Source of the DNA: Candidatus Aminicenantes bacterium
Lineage (GTDB): Bacteria; Acidobacteriota; Aminicenantia; Aminicenantales; UBA4085
Direction: 5' to 3'
Length of the DNA stretch: 64,000 bases
Assembly: GCA_026393865.1 (NCBI GenBank)
Contig: JAPKZI010000044.1
Span: forward strand, 571-64,570
Shown in pieces: positions 53,698 through 62,537 of the stretch. How positions within the stretch are numbered: the stretch's first letter is position 1; each line of letters starts with the position of its first letter. The notes under the pieces were generated by a model that was given only the letters and a program-made list of their open reading frames with translations, searched no databases and was not told where the DNA came from. A program made the translations under genes and the position numbers.

Positions 53698-54251
53698 CAT
53701 TTCAGCGCAACGGGCTCCGTGATCAGAACCTCATCGCGGTTGTCGATCTCTTTGAGGCGGACCTTGATGATCTCGCGCCGGGAGGAGGGGAGCTGCTTGC
53801 CGATGTAGTCGGCGCGGATCGGGAGTTCGCGGTGGCCGCGGTCGATGAGAACGAGCAGTTGGATCGATCTCGGCCGGCCCAAATCGAACAGGCCTTCCAT
53901 GGCCGCCCGGATCGTTCGGCCGGTCATCAGGACGTCGTCGATGAGAATGACGTCCTTTTTGGCGATGGGGAACGGGATGTCCGTCTTGGTCCCCTTGTGA
54001 GGCGTCTCGTTCTTGGAAAAATCGTCCCGGTAGCGGGTGATGTCCATAATGCCCACGAGGATGTCCACCCCCTCCTTCTCCTTGATGATTCTGGCGATGC
54101 GCTTTCCGATATAGATACCGCGCGTGCGGATCCCGACGATCACGAGAGCCTTGAGGTTGCGGTTGCGCTCGAGGATTTCGGTGGCCATGCGGTCGATAAC
54201 GCGCCGGATCTTCGTCGCGTCCATGACGCTGGCCTTGATCTTTTCAGTCAT
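53697..54251 (-). CDS. pyrR: Bifunctional pyrimidine operon regulator / uracil phosphoribosyltransferase PyrR
   Basis: 'VIVGIRTRGIYIGKRIA', PRPP motif 'VILIDDVLMTGRTIRAA'. Confidence 0.9.
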   Translation of the reverse strand: MTEKIKASVMDATKIRRVIDRMATEILERNRNLKALVIVGIRTRGIYIGKRIARIIKEKEGVDILVGIMDITRYRDDFSKNETPHKGTKTDIPFPIAKKDVILIDDVLMTGRTIRAAMEGLFDLGRPRSIQLLVLIDRGHRELPIRADYIGKQLPSSRREIIKVRLKEIDNRDEVLITEPVALK

Positions 54252-54271
54252 AATCCGACTCCTGGCCTATG

Positions 54272-55234
54272 TTATACCATATTTCGCGGAGACGAGATCT
54301 CATTCTTTTCGAAATACCTCCGGGCGTCCTCAAGGTCCTTGCGGATCCGGGCGGCCAGCTCCGCGGCGTCGTGAAACGTCCGCTCATCCCGGATCTTCTT
54401 CAAAAAGAACAGTTTGACGGTAGAGCCATAGATGTTCTTCTTAAAATCGAGGATATGCGCCTCGATCGTGAAAGGGCGGGCGGGGCCGGGATCGGAGGGG
54501 AACGTCGGCCGGTTTCCCGTGTTCGTCAGGGAACGGCGGCGTTTTCCCTCGATTTCGACAAGCGAGACGAACACGCCTTTGGGGATGATCTCGTTCGGGG
54601 TTTCGATATTGGCCGTGGGAAATCCGAGGCTTCGTCCCCGCGCCTCTCCCCGGACCACGTCCCCTTCGATATCGTACGGACGGCCGAGAAGTTGATTAGC
54701 GGCGCCGATATGGCCCAGCTTCAGCAGCTCGCGGATCGCGCTGGAGCTGACGACAAGGGATTTTTTTCGGACCGGCGGGATGACAAGGACGTCGAACCAA
54801 AGCCGTTTGCCGAATTTCCGCAAGGCCGGGATATCTCCGCGCCGTCCCTTGCCAAACCGAAAATCGGGGCCGACGATGACGGACCGGGCCCTCAGTTTTT
54901 TGACCAGGACCTTATAGACGAAATCCTTGCCCGAGAGACGGGCGAATTCCGAGTTGAACGGAGCGACCAGGATCAGGTCGACGCCGAGGCCGGCGATGCC
55001 TTCGAGCCTTTGGTCGAGCGTCTGGATCATGCTGATCTTCTCGGAACCGAAGATCTTTTCGGGATGGGGCGAAAAGGTGAGGACGCCGGAAAGACAATCT
55101 TTGTCCTCGGCTTCTTTTAACAATCGGGACAGGATCTTCCTGTGACCCAGATGGAGACCGTCGAAATTGCCGATGGCGAGAGCCGTTTTCCGGGGAAGGT
55201 CGGGCACCGCCTCGAGCGAGCGATAGATCTTCAT
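54272..55234 (-). CDS. ribF: Bifunctional riboflavin kinase / FAD synthetase
   Basis: 'AIGNFDGLHLGHRKI', 'LTFSPHPE', C-terminal kinase 'GRSLGFPTANI', 'FLKKIRDERTF'. Confidence 0.9.
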   Translation of the reverse strand: MKIYRSLEAVPDLPRKTALAIGNFDGLHLGHRKILSRLLKEAEDKDCLSGVLTFSPHPEKIFGSEKISMIQTLDQRLEGIAGLGVDLILVAPFNSEFARLSGKDFVYKVLVKKLRARSVIVGPDFRFGKGRRGDIPALRKFGKRLWFDVLVIPPVRKKSLVVSSSAIRELLKLGHIGAANQLLGRPYDIEGDVVRGEARGRSLGFPTANIETPNEIIPKGVFVSLVEIEGKRRRSLTNTGNRPTFPSDPGPARPFTIEAHILDFKKNIYGSTVKLFFLKKIRDERTFHDAAELAARIRKDLEDARRYFEKNEISSPRNMV

Positions 55235-55279
55235 AGGATTGATATCATCCGGCGCTTGGGGCGGTGACCGCCCGCTTCA

Positions 55280-55582
55280 TCACATTTTAATGAGGTTGGC
55301 TTGTTTCATGTAATTCATTTTGAGCTGAAGGAGACAGGATTCGAGAAATTTTTCTTCCTCTTCGTTGAGATTGCCCTTGGTCCGGTCCTTGAGAAGGTCG
55401 AGCATGTCGATAAGCCGTTTGGCGAAGGCCAGGTTCCCCTCAGCCGTCTTTTTAAGCGGATCCTCCATCAGACCGAGCTTGACCAGAGCTTGCGTATAGA
55501 AGGGGAAGACGATGGAGCTGAAATCGAGCGGCGGCAGGAATTCCCCGGCCTCGTCCTCGTCGTGTTGGTGTTCGTCGCTCAT
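55280..55582 (-). CDS. DUF1844 domain protein
   Basis: 100 aa from ATG 55582. Acidic N-terminus then 'FSSIVFPFYTQALVKLGLMEDP...NLAFAKRLIDMLDLLKDRTKGNL'. The longer track ORF would run antisense through mazG. Confidence 0.7.
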   Translation of the reverse strand: MSDEHQHDEDEAGEFLPPLDFSSIVFPFYTQALVKLGLMEDPLKKTAEGNLAFAKRLIDMLDLLKDRTKGNLNEEEEKFLESCLLQLKMNYMKQANLIKM

Positions 55583-55717
55583 CTTCGATTCGTTCTTTGG
55601 CTTGAGTGATGAGCCCTCATCATACTTGGAATCAGGCGAAAATTCAAGAAAACGAGCGACCCCTTTTCTCTTTATGCCGACTTGGCTACAATGGAACGTC
55701 ATCCGAACGAGGTCATT

Positions 55718-56536
55718 ATGAAAAAAGCCGATTCCGCCGGACCCGGGTTTCAAAAACTCGTCGGGATTCTGGCCGCGCTGCGAGGACCGGAAGGGTGCCC
55801 GTGGGACAAGGAGCAGGACGAGCGGTCCATCGCCAATTATTTCCTGGAAGAGGTCTACGAGGCGATCGACGCGCTCGCCCGGAATGACGCCGCTGGCCTG
55901 GCCGAGGAATTGGGCGACGTTTTGATGGAAATCGTGTTCCTGGCCCGGATCTATGAGGAAAAAGGGATGTTCACCGTCTCCGATGCTCTTGACGGCATCA
56001 ATCGGAAGATGGTCCGCCGGCACCCTCATGTTTTCGGCGGCAGAAAGATGGAGTCATCTCAACGTGTCCTGGACCTGTGGATCCGCCGGAAAAAAGCCGA
56101 AAAAAAGCGGAAATCGCATTTTGAGGGCATCTCCCGGCAGGCCCCCTCGCTTCTGGCCGCGTTCCAGATCGGTCAGCGGGTGGCCCATGTTGGATTCGAC
56201 TGGCCTTCGCCTGATGAAGCTCTCAAAAAGGTCCGGGAGGAGATCGGCGAGCTCGAAGAGATCATGGCCCGGAAGAGTCGCCGTCGGATAGAAGAAGAGC
56301 TCGGCGACTGCTTTTTCGCTTTGGCTAACGTCGCCCGGAAATTGGGCTTGAATCCGGAGACGGCCCTGCGCCAGGCAAATGACAAATTCATCGAGAGATT
56401 CACGAGACTCGAGAGGAAGCTCAAAGAAAAGGGGATGAAGCTGGGGAAGGCGACCCTGGCCGAGATGGACGCGGTCTGGGAGGACATTAAAAAAAAGCGG
56501 AAAGCCCCGGCGAGACGGAAGCTTCGGTTGGAATGA
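55718..56536 (+). CDS. mazG: Nucleoside triphosphate pyrophosphohydrolase MazG
   Basis: ATG 55718 five nt after GAGG. 'GCPWDKEQDERSIANYFLEEVYEAIDA', 'EELGDVLMEIVFLA', second repeat 'EEELGDCFFALANVAR'. Confidence 0.88.
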   Translation: MKKADSAGPGFQKLVGILAALRGPEGCPWDKEQDERSIANYFLEEVYEAIDALARNDAAGLAEELGDVLMEIVFLARIYEEKGMFTVSDALDGINRKMVRRHPHVFGGRKMESSQRVLDLWIRRKKAEKKRKSHFEGISRQAPSLLAAFQIGQRVAHVGFDWPSPDEALKKVREEIGELEEIMARKSRRRIEEELGDCFFALANVARKLGLNPETALRQANDKFIERFTRLERKLKEKGMKLGKATLAEMDAVWEDIKKKRKAPARRKLRLE

Positions 56537-56573
56537 GGGACCTGCCTCCGAAGGAAGGCGGCCGGCCGTCTTC

Positions 56574-57705
56574 TTATCTCGCGGGCTTGGTTTTCCGCAG
56601 GACCAGGCTGGCCTTGATGAACTCGTCCAGGTCGCCGTCGAGGACCTTGTCGGTATCTCCGGTTTCGAGGCGTGTCCGGGTGTCCTTGATCATCTTGTAG
56701 GGGTGGAGGACATACGACCGGATCTGGTTCCCCCAGGCGATATCCGTCTTGGCGTCCTCCAGCAGTTCCACCTTCTCCAATTTCTTCTTCCGCTCGAGCT
56801 CGTAGAGACGAGCCTTGAGGACCTTCATGGCCGCGGCCTTGTTCTTGTGCTGAGAACGTTCGTTCTGGCACTGGACGACGATCCCGGTCGGGATGTGGGT
56901 GATCCGAACGGCCGAGTCCGTCGTGTTGACGTGCTGACCGCCCTTGCCGCCCGAGCGGTAAGTGTCGGTCCGGAGATCGTCCGGATTGACCGCGATCTCG
57001 ATGTCCTCGTCCACTTCGGGATAGACGAAGACGGCCACGAACGAGGTGTGCCGCCGCTTGTTGGCATCGAACGGGGAGATGCGGACCAGCCGGTGGACAC
57101 CGGTCTCCTGGCTGAGATTGCCGAAGACATAGTCGCCCTCGATCCGGATGGTCGCGCTTTTCAATCCCGCCTCCTCGCCCGGCTGCATGTCGAGGATCTC
57201 GGTTTTGAATCCCTTGCGCTCGGCGTAGCGGAGATACATCCGCATCAGCATGGAGGCCCAGTCTTGGGACTCCGTCCCGCCGGCGCCAGGATGGATGGTC
57301 AGGATCGCGTTGCGCGGGTCGTCGACCTCATAGTAGAGCGTCTGCAGTTCGGCCTCTTCGAGGTGTTTGCCGAACGCCGCCAGGGCTTGATCGAAGTCCT
57401 TGTCGACGTTCTCACCTTCCTTGGCCAGCTCGAGCAGGACGTCGATATCTTCTTTTTTCTGGTAGAGGGCGCTCAGGAACTGGACCTCACGCTCCAGCCG
57501 TTTCTTGCTCTGCTGGAGCGACTGAGACCTCTTCTGGTCCTGCCAGACTTCGGGAGTTCCGAGCTCGCGGCCTAAGGCCTCAACCCGGGCTTTCTTGTCG
57601 GCGAGGTCAAAGAAACCCGCGGAGCTCTTCGAATTTAGCGAAGCGCTCGCGGGCCTTGGCTTCAAGGTCGCTGGAATGTTCGATGGAGAGGTTGTTAGGG
57701 CTCAT
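56574..57705 (-). CDS. prfB: Peptide chain release factor 2, two frames joined by programmed +1 frameshift
   Basis: Frame 0: ATG 57705 ... CGC GGG TTT CTT TGA C (CTT 57612-57610, TGA 57609-57607). The +1 frame continues from GAC (57608) to the stop at 56574. 'SPF' and 'GGQHVNTTDSAVRITHIPTG' are present. Confidence 0.9.
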
Positions 57706-59222
57706 GGTCGTCTCTTTAACAGAGACATAATAAAGAAGATAGCGCTGATTGTCAAGCACAGAAACGAAAACGCGTCGCCCCACCGGGCATAAAAGGTCAG
57801 CTTTTTAGAAGGGGAGACCGTTCCGGTCAGGAACGTCCTCGTCCCGATCTCGGACCGGGTGACGACCCGGCCGTAGGGATCGACGATCCCGCTGATGCCC
57901 GTCGTCGCCGCCCGGAGAATGAAGCGCCGGTTCTCGACGGCCCGAAAGACGGCATTCGAAAAATGTTGGTAGGGGGCCGAAGACTTTCCGTACCAGCCGT
58001 CGTTGGTGATGGTCACGAGGAAGTCCGCCCCTTTTTTCGTGAAACGGCGGACGAGATCGGGGAAAATGAGCTCATAGCAGATCGGCGAGCCGAATTTCAG
58101 GTCCTTGAACGGATGAAGAAGGGGTTCGGTCCCCGGCGTGACCTCGCCGATGGCGTGAGTCATTTTCTGGATGAAACCGAAGACCTTTTTGTACGGCGTG
58201 TATTCGCCGAACGGGACCAGGTGCATTTTGGCGTATTTCGAGACGGTCAGGTCCGGGCCCAAGCTGAGAGCGGTGTTGAAGTATTGCTCCCGGCCCGGGG
58301 GTCCGGCGGTTTCGTTCGTTCCCAGGAGAAGCGTGACCTGCGCGTCCCGGACGAACTGGGACAGGATGCGTCTGAAGTTCTGATAGATCGCGTCGTCGCA
58401 GGTGAAGCACATCGGCACGGTGAACTCCGGCCAGATGATCAGCTTCGCGCCTTGGCCGGCCGCCCGGCGGGTCAGATCGAGATGCTCTTCGAACAAGGAC
58501 AGGATGTCCTTGGTCGAGACCTCGTTCCAGTAAATATCGGAAGACACATTCCCCTGGATGACGGCGGCGGTGAACGTCTCTCCGCTTTCGGGGACCTTTT
58601 TCAAGCTCAGGAATCCGCCCAAATGGACGAGGACGATGACGATGAGCCCGAGGGCGAACGGCGGCCTTTTGGAGAGGCGGATGGAATAGACAAAAAGGCT
58701 TTGAAACAGGACGAGGACGAATGAAACCCCAACCACGCCGGATATAGCCGCGATCTGGATGAGGGACAGATTCTGAAACTGGCTGAGACCGAGAATTCCC
58801 CAGGGAAATCCCGTCAGGAGATGGGTGAGGATGTACTCGAGGGTCACCCAGAGGAACGGCGCGGCAACAAAGGCCGCCCCGGCCCGCTTCCGATGGATCA
58901 GGGAAAAGGCGAAGCCGAAAACAGCCCAGGTCGAGGCGAGCAACAGGATCAGAGCCAGATAGATCAGGAGGCTGAAGACCGTCGAAAGATGGCCGTAATG
59001 GGCCGGCACGGCCGGGATCCAATAAAGGAGGACGCCGTAAAAAAGCGCGCCTGAGGTCCAACCGGTCAGAAACGACCGGCCGGGAGTCAGACGCGAGATC
59101 AGAAACAGAAAAGGGATAAAGGAAATCCAGGCGAGGAACGGCAGGCCGATCTTCGGGAAGGCGAGAGCCGTGAGGAATCCCGAGAAAGCGGCGAAGACGA
59201 AATCGGACAGCTTCAGTTTCAC
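57702..59222 (-). CDS. lnt: Apolipoprotein N-acyltransferase
   Basis: About 8 N-terminal TM helices plus a C-terminal nitrilase-like domain ('LIIWPEF', 'YAKMHLVPFGEYTP', 'PICYELIFPD'). GTG start. Its stop overlaps the prfB ATG (ATGA). Confidence 0.88.
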   Translation of the reverse strand: MKLKLSDFVFAAFSGFLTALAFPKIGLPFLAWISFIPFLFLISRLTPGRSFLTGWTSGALFYGVLLYWIPAVPAHYGHLSTVFSLLIYLALILLLASTWAVFGFAFSLIHRKRAGAAFVAAPFLWVTLEYILTHLLTGFPWGILGLSQFQNLSLIQIAAISGVVGVSFVLVLFQSLFVYSIRLSKRPPFALGLIVIVLVHLGGFLSLKKVPESGETFTAAVIQGNVSSDIYWNEVSTKDILSLFEEHLDLTRRAAGQGAKLIIWPEFTVPMCFTCDDAIYQNFRRILSQFVRDAQVTLLLGTNETAGPPGREQYFNTALSLGPDLTVSKYAKMHLVPFGEYTPYKKVFGFIQKMTHAIGEVTPGTEPLLHPFKDLKFGSPICYELIFPDLVRRFTKKGADFLVTITNDGWYGKSSAPYQHFSNAVFRAVENRRFILRAATTGISGIVDPYGRVVTRSEIGTRTFLTGTVSPSKKLTFYARWGDAFSFLCLTISAIFFIMSLLKRRP

Positions 59223-59236
59223 GGGCGCGGGGCGCG

Positions 59237-59911
59237 TCAGCCCTTCACGACAAAAAAGTCGGTCTTATTTTTCTTCAGGTCGGCGGCGATCTTGTCCTGA
59301 GCGTCGGCGGCGTCCTGTTTGCTTTCGTAGGGGCCGATCCGGATCCGGTAGACGGGTTTTTTGTCCTTGGCCAGAGGCATCAGGACGATGGTCGGGTAGC
59401 CCAATTTCTCGACTTTTTGGGCAAATCCGTCGGCGGCTTCCTTGTCGTTGACCGCGCCGATCTGGACATAGAAGATGCCTTCCTGTTGGGCGGCGGCCGG
59501 CTTGGCTTCTTTCTTGGCCGGCTCCGTTTTGGCCTCAGCCGGCTTTTTCTCGGCCGGGGCCGTCGGCGGCTTAGCCTCGCTTTTAGCCTCGACTTTAGCC
59601 CCGGCCTTGTCGTCGGTCTTTGTCTCGGCCGGTTTCGCCTCCGTCTTCGTATTCACCGGGGCCGCCTGGCCCGGCGTCGGCTGGTTCGTAACCGTCGGCG
59701 GCGCCTCCGCGGATAGGGGTGTTTTCTGGGCTAAGGTTTCGGTTTTGACCGAGGGAGCGCCCCCGGCGCCCGCCGCGAGCTGCGTCTGCTTCTTCCCGAC
59801 GGAGATGCCGAGGAGAAAGATGCACACGCCGAAGGCCAGGATCGCCAGGAAGACGATGGCGAGCTGGGTGCTCGTGAACTTCAATTCGCGGAATTGTTTT
59901 TCGTTTGTCAT
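59237..59911 (-). CDS. SPOR domain protein (TM anchor, Ala/Pro/Lys-rich linker, C-terminal SPOR)
   Basis: 'FYVQIGAVNDKEAADGFAQKVEKLGYPTIVL...YRIRIGPYESKQDAADAQDKI' is the SPOR pattern. Confidence 0.8.
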   Translation of the reverse strand: MTNEKQFRELKFTSTQLAIVFLAILAFGVCIFLLGISVGKKQTQLAAGAGGAPSVKTETLAQKTPLSAEAPPTVTNQPTPGQAAPVNTKTEAKPAETKTDDKAGAKVEAKSEAKPPTAPAEKKPAEAKTEPAKKEAKPAAAQQEGIFYVQIGAVNDKEAADGFAQKVEKLGYPTIVLMPLAKDKKPVYRIRIGPYESKQDAADAQDKIAADLKKNKTDFFVVKG

Positions 59912-59932
59912 GGGGAACCTTATATCGATCTC

Positions 59933-59941
59933 ATTATATCA
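59933..59941 (-). promoter_or_regulatory. Extended -10 promoter element (TGaTATAAT) for the SPOR-lnt-prfB operon
   Basis: The minus strand reads TGATATAAT, 21 nt upstream of ATG 59911. Confidence 0.4.
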
Positions 59942-60103
59942 CGATTCGGCGGCGGCGAAACGAAAGGGCGGGATCGACAGCCTCGTCGGCCGCGATTTGG
60001 AGGGACGCGAGGCCGCTCAAACGATGTTAAAATCGCTTCTCCCGAGGCCGTCCAAATGATTTTCTTCACGTTGATTCCATTATAGAAAGGAGTCATCGGT
60101 CTG

Positions 60104-60145
60104 TCAATAAATTGTCTTGACAAAACGTCCTCAATAAATTAATTT
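60104..60145 (+). promoter_or_regulatory. Promoter of the IHF-like gene bracketed by two IHF-consensus-like direct repeats
   Basis: TTGACA (60117-60122), 17-nt spacer, TAATTT (60140-60145). TCAATAAATT occurs at 60104-60113 and 60131-60140, each fitting TCAA-N4-TTR of the WATCAANNNNTTR consensus. Confidence 0.4.
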
Positions 60146-60168
60146 TATGTCCTGTTAAGGAGTTCCTC

Positions 60169-60447
60169 ATGATCAAGAACGACATTGCCCTCGCGATCGA
60201 AAAGAAATCCGAATTCAACGGGGCGAAGTCATTGTTGATCGTCGAAACGATCCTCGAATGTCTCAAGGACGCGCTGACCAAGAAGGAGAAAGTGGAGATC
60301 CGGGGATTCGGGAGCTTCAAGGTCGTGGCCAAAAAGACCGGCTACGGCCGGGACATCCGCCGCAAAAAACAGATCCACATCACTCAGGGCAAGCGGATCA
60401 AGTTCCGCTCCGGCCAGGAGCTGAAGAACATCGCCGCCAAGTCGTAG
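60169..60447 (+). CDS. HU/IHF-family DNA-binding protein (IHF-like)
   Basis: 92 aa. 'VEIRGFGSFKVVAKK...GRDIRRKKQIHI...RIKFRSGQELK' has the IHF-type 'EIRGFGSF' arm motif. RBS AAGGAG. Confidence 0.85.
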   Translation: MIKNDIALAIEKKSEFNGAKSLLIVETILECLKDALTKKEKVEIRGFGSFKVVAKKTGYGRDIRRKKQIHITQGKRIKFRSGQELKNIAAKS

Positions 60448-60504
60448 ACTTGAATCCGCTCGGCCTCTCGTTATCCCGGACATCTCAAGGCAAGGGGGTT
60501 TGAC

Positions 60505-61446
60505 GTGGCTTATAAGGAACGACCTCTGTCCCCGGACGGCCTGACGACCTATCCGCTCCGGTCCCGTTCGAGCAAGGTCCGCGTCGCGGATTTGGCCAAG
60601 GTCGCCCGACCGGGCGATCCTGTCGCCCGTTTCGTCCAAGGCCTTCCCCGGTTCCTGGCCGCCAAGGACCTCCAGGAGCTGAGGGCGGCGATGACGAAAG
60701 CCCGCCGCGGCCGGAAGGCTCTGATTTGGGCCATGGGGGCTCACGTCCTCAAGGTCGGGCTCAGCCCCGTTCTTATCGACCTGATGAAGTGCGGCTGGAT
60801 CTCGGCCGTGGCGCTCAACGGCGCGGGCATCATCCACGATTTCGAATTGGCCTACGCCGGCGCGACTTCCGAGGACGTGGCGAGCCAGATCAAGGCGGGC
60901 CGCTTCGGCATGGCCCGGGAAACGGGTGAGCGGCTGAACGACGCGATCCGCCGTGGGGCCGAGGACGGCCTGGGGCTGGGCGAATCCGTGGGCCGGATGA
61001 TCGCGGAGTCCGATTTTCCGTTCAAGAAATGGAGCCTCTTGGGGACCGCCTATCGCCTGGGCATCCCTGCCACGGTCCATGTCGCTATCGGGACGGACGT
61101 CATTCACATGCATCCCCGGGTCAGCGGCGAGGCGCTGGGAGCGACTTCTTTAAAGGATTTTTTCCTTTTGGCCGCGCTCGTCAGGGGACTGAACGGCGGG
61201 GGGGTGTTCCTCAACATAGGCTCGGCCGTCGTTCTGCCCGAGGTCTTTCTCAAGGCGGTGTCGCTTGTCCGGAATCAAGGCCGGGCGCTCGACGGCTTCA
61301 CGACGGCCGTCTTCGATTTCCACCATCATTATCGTCCCGCTCAAAACGTGGTCCGCCGGCCTCTAGGGAAAAAGGGGAAAGGGTATTATTTCGTCGGCCA
61401 CCACGAGATCATGATCCCGCTGCTGGCCGCCGCGCTGGGGCCGTAA
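60505..61446 (+). CDS. Deoxyhypusine-synthase-like (DHS-like NAD-binding fold) family protein, function unknown
   Basis: GTG start. 'ALIWAMGAHVLKVGLSPVLIDLMKCGWISAVALNGAGIIHDFELA' resembles the 'GA..HD' block of DHS-like proteins. The assignment is tentative. Confidence 0.4.
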   Translation: MAYKERPLSPDGLTTYPLRSRSSKVRVADLAKVARPGDPVARFVQGLPRFLAAKDLQELRAAMTKARRGRKALIWAMGAHVLKVGLSPVLIDLMKCGWISAVALNGAGIIHDFELAYAGATSEDVASQIKAGRFGMARETGERLNDAIRRGAEDGLGLGESVGRMIAESDFPFKKWSLLGTAYRLGIPATVHVAIGTDVIHMHPRVSGEALGATSLKDFFLLAALVRGLNGGGVFLNIGSAVVLPEVFLKAVSLVRNQGRALDGFTTAVFDFHHHYRPAQNVVRRPLGKKGKGYYFVGHHEIMIPLLAAALGP

Positions 61447-61462
61447 AGACTCCGCCTGCGAA

Positions 61463-62089
61463 TTATCCCGACGATCCGTTCTTGATCCGGCCGTCCAAGA
61501 GCAATTCCTCGTAAAGCTCTTCCGCTTGCTCGATGGTCTCTTCCATCGATCCGGACGTATCCACGACATAATCGGCGAATTCCAGTTTTTCGTCGGCCGG
61601 CATCTGGGCCCGGACCTTTAGCCGGGCTTCCTTGCAATCGATAAGGTCGCGGTCCATCAGGCGTTGGACCTGGATCTCCTCCGGGCAGGTGGCGACGACG
61701 ATCTTGTCGAAGAATTCGGCGAATCCGGCCTCGATGGTCAGCGCCGCTTCGGAGACGAAGATCTTGACCCGGCCTTCTTGATCGAGCCGGGCGATGGTCT
61801 CCTTCTTCTTCTTCATGACCAGAGGATGAACGACCGCGTCGACATAATGTCGCGCGGCGGCGTCCTTGAAGATGATCGCGGCGAGCTTCTTTCGGTCGAT
61901 CGACCGGTCGGATTTGAGTATGGCCGGACCGAAACGGTCGATCATCTTTTTCCAAGCGGGACGGTCCGGGGCCATGATCTCGCGGGCGACGTCATCGGAC
62001 TTGTCGAGATGGCAGCCGCGTCGGCGGAGAACATCCGCGATGACGGATTTTCCGGAAGCGATGCCGCCCGTCAGGGCCACGGTCAACAT
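61463..62089 (-). CDS. coaE: Dephospho-CoA kinase
   Basis: P-loop 'LTGGIASGKS'. Size (208 aa) and motif spacing are typical of CoaE. Confidence 0.88.
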   Translation of the reverse strand: MLTVALTGGIASGKSVIADVLRRRGCHLDKSDDVAREIMAPDRPAWKKMIDRFGPAILKSDRSIDRKKLAAIIFKDAAARHYVDAVVHPLVMKKKKETIARLDQEGRVKIFVSEAALTIEAGFAEFFDKIVVATCPEEIQVQRLMDRDLIDCKEARLKVRAQMPADEKLEFADYVVDTSGSMEETIEQAEELYEELLLDGRIKNGSSG

Positions 62090-62105
62090 GCGCGGTCCCG
62101 CCGGC

Positions 62106-62510
62106 CTATTTCTTGGAGCCGCGGATGAACTTGAACTCTTTGTCGAAGCGGACGGCCACGCCCTGTCTCTTGTTCTTCTTGTTCGGCTTTTCGAGGCGGA
62201 CGGTCATCCCCCCGATCCGCAGCTTGAGGGCCCGGCTTTCGGTAAGCTCTTTGGGCAGATCGATCATGATGTTGAGTTTGGAGCCGACCACGACACCGGA
62301 GTCCAGGCAGAAGTAGGCGCCGGTCGAGCTGATGTTCTCGAGTTTCGCCGCTTCCTTGAAATCCTTGCCCTGGGGCAGCGTGCCTTCGACGATGGCCGTC
62401 AGGGGCAGTTCGAAGCGCCATTCCCGGCGGCGGTTGATGTCGACGGGCACGCGGATCTTTTTCACGGACGGGCCGCGCTTGGCGGCTTTCTTTACGGCTG
62501 ATGTGTTCAT
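62106..62510 (-). CDS. PilZ domain protein (canonical motifs)
   Basis: 'RRREWR' (RxxxR) and 'NISSTG' (N-x-S-x-x-G). 134 aa with basic N- and C-terminal tails. Confidence 0.75.
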   Translation of the reverse strand: MNTSAVKKAAKRGPSVKKIRVPVDINRRREWRFELPLTAIVEGTLPQGKDFKEAAKLENISSTGAYFCLDSGVVVGSKLNIMIDLPKELTESRALKLRIGGMTVRLEKPNKKNKRQGVAVRFDKEFKFIRGSKK

Positions 62511-62537
62511 GGCGTTCTTCCCCTTGTCCTTTCGATC

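Noticed and set aside
55583-56029. N-terminal extension of the DUF1844 ORF (249-aa version)
   Set aside because: It would run antisense across the mazG 5' region. DUF1844 proteins are about 100 aa, and ATG 55582 gives the expected acidic N-terminus.
59942-60100. Possible small ncRNA in the 257-nt SPOR / IHF-like intergenic region
   Set aside because: I saw only short imperfect GC hairpins and no match to motifs I know (SRP, 6S, tmRNA, RNase P). The region is adequately explained by two divergent promoters. A covariance-model scan would be needed to say more.
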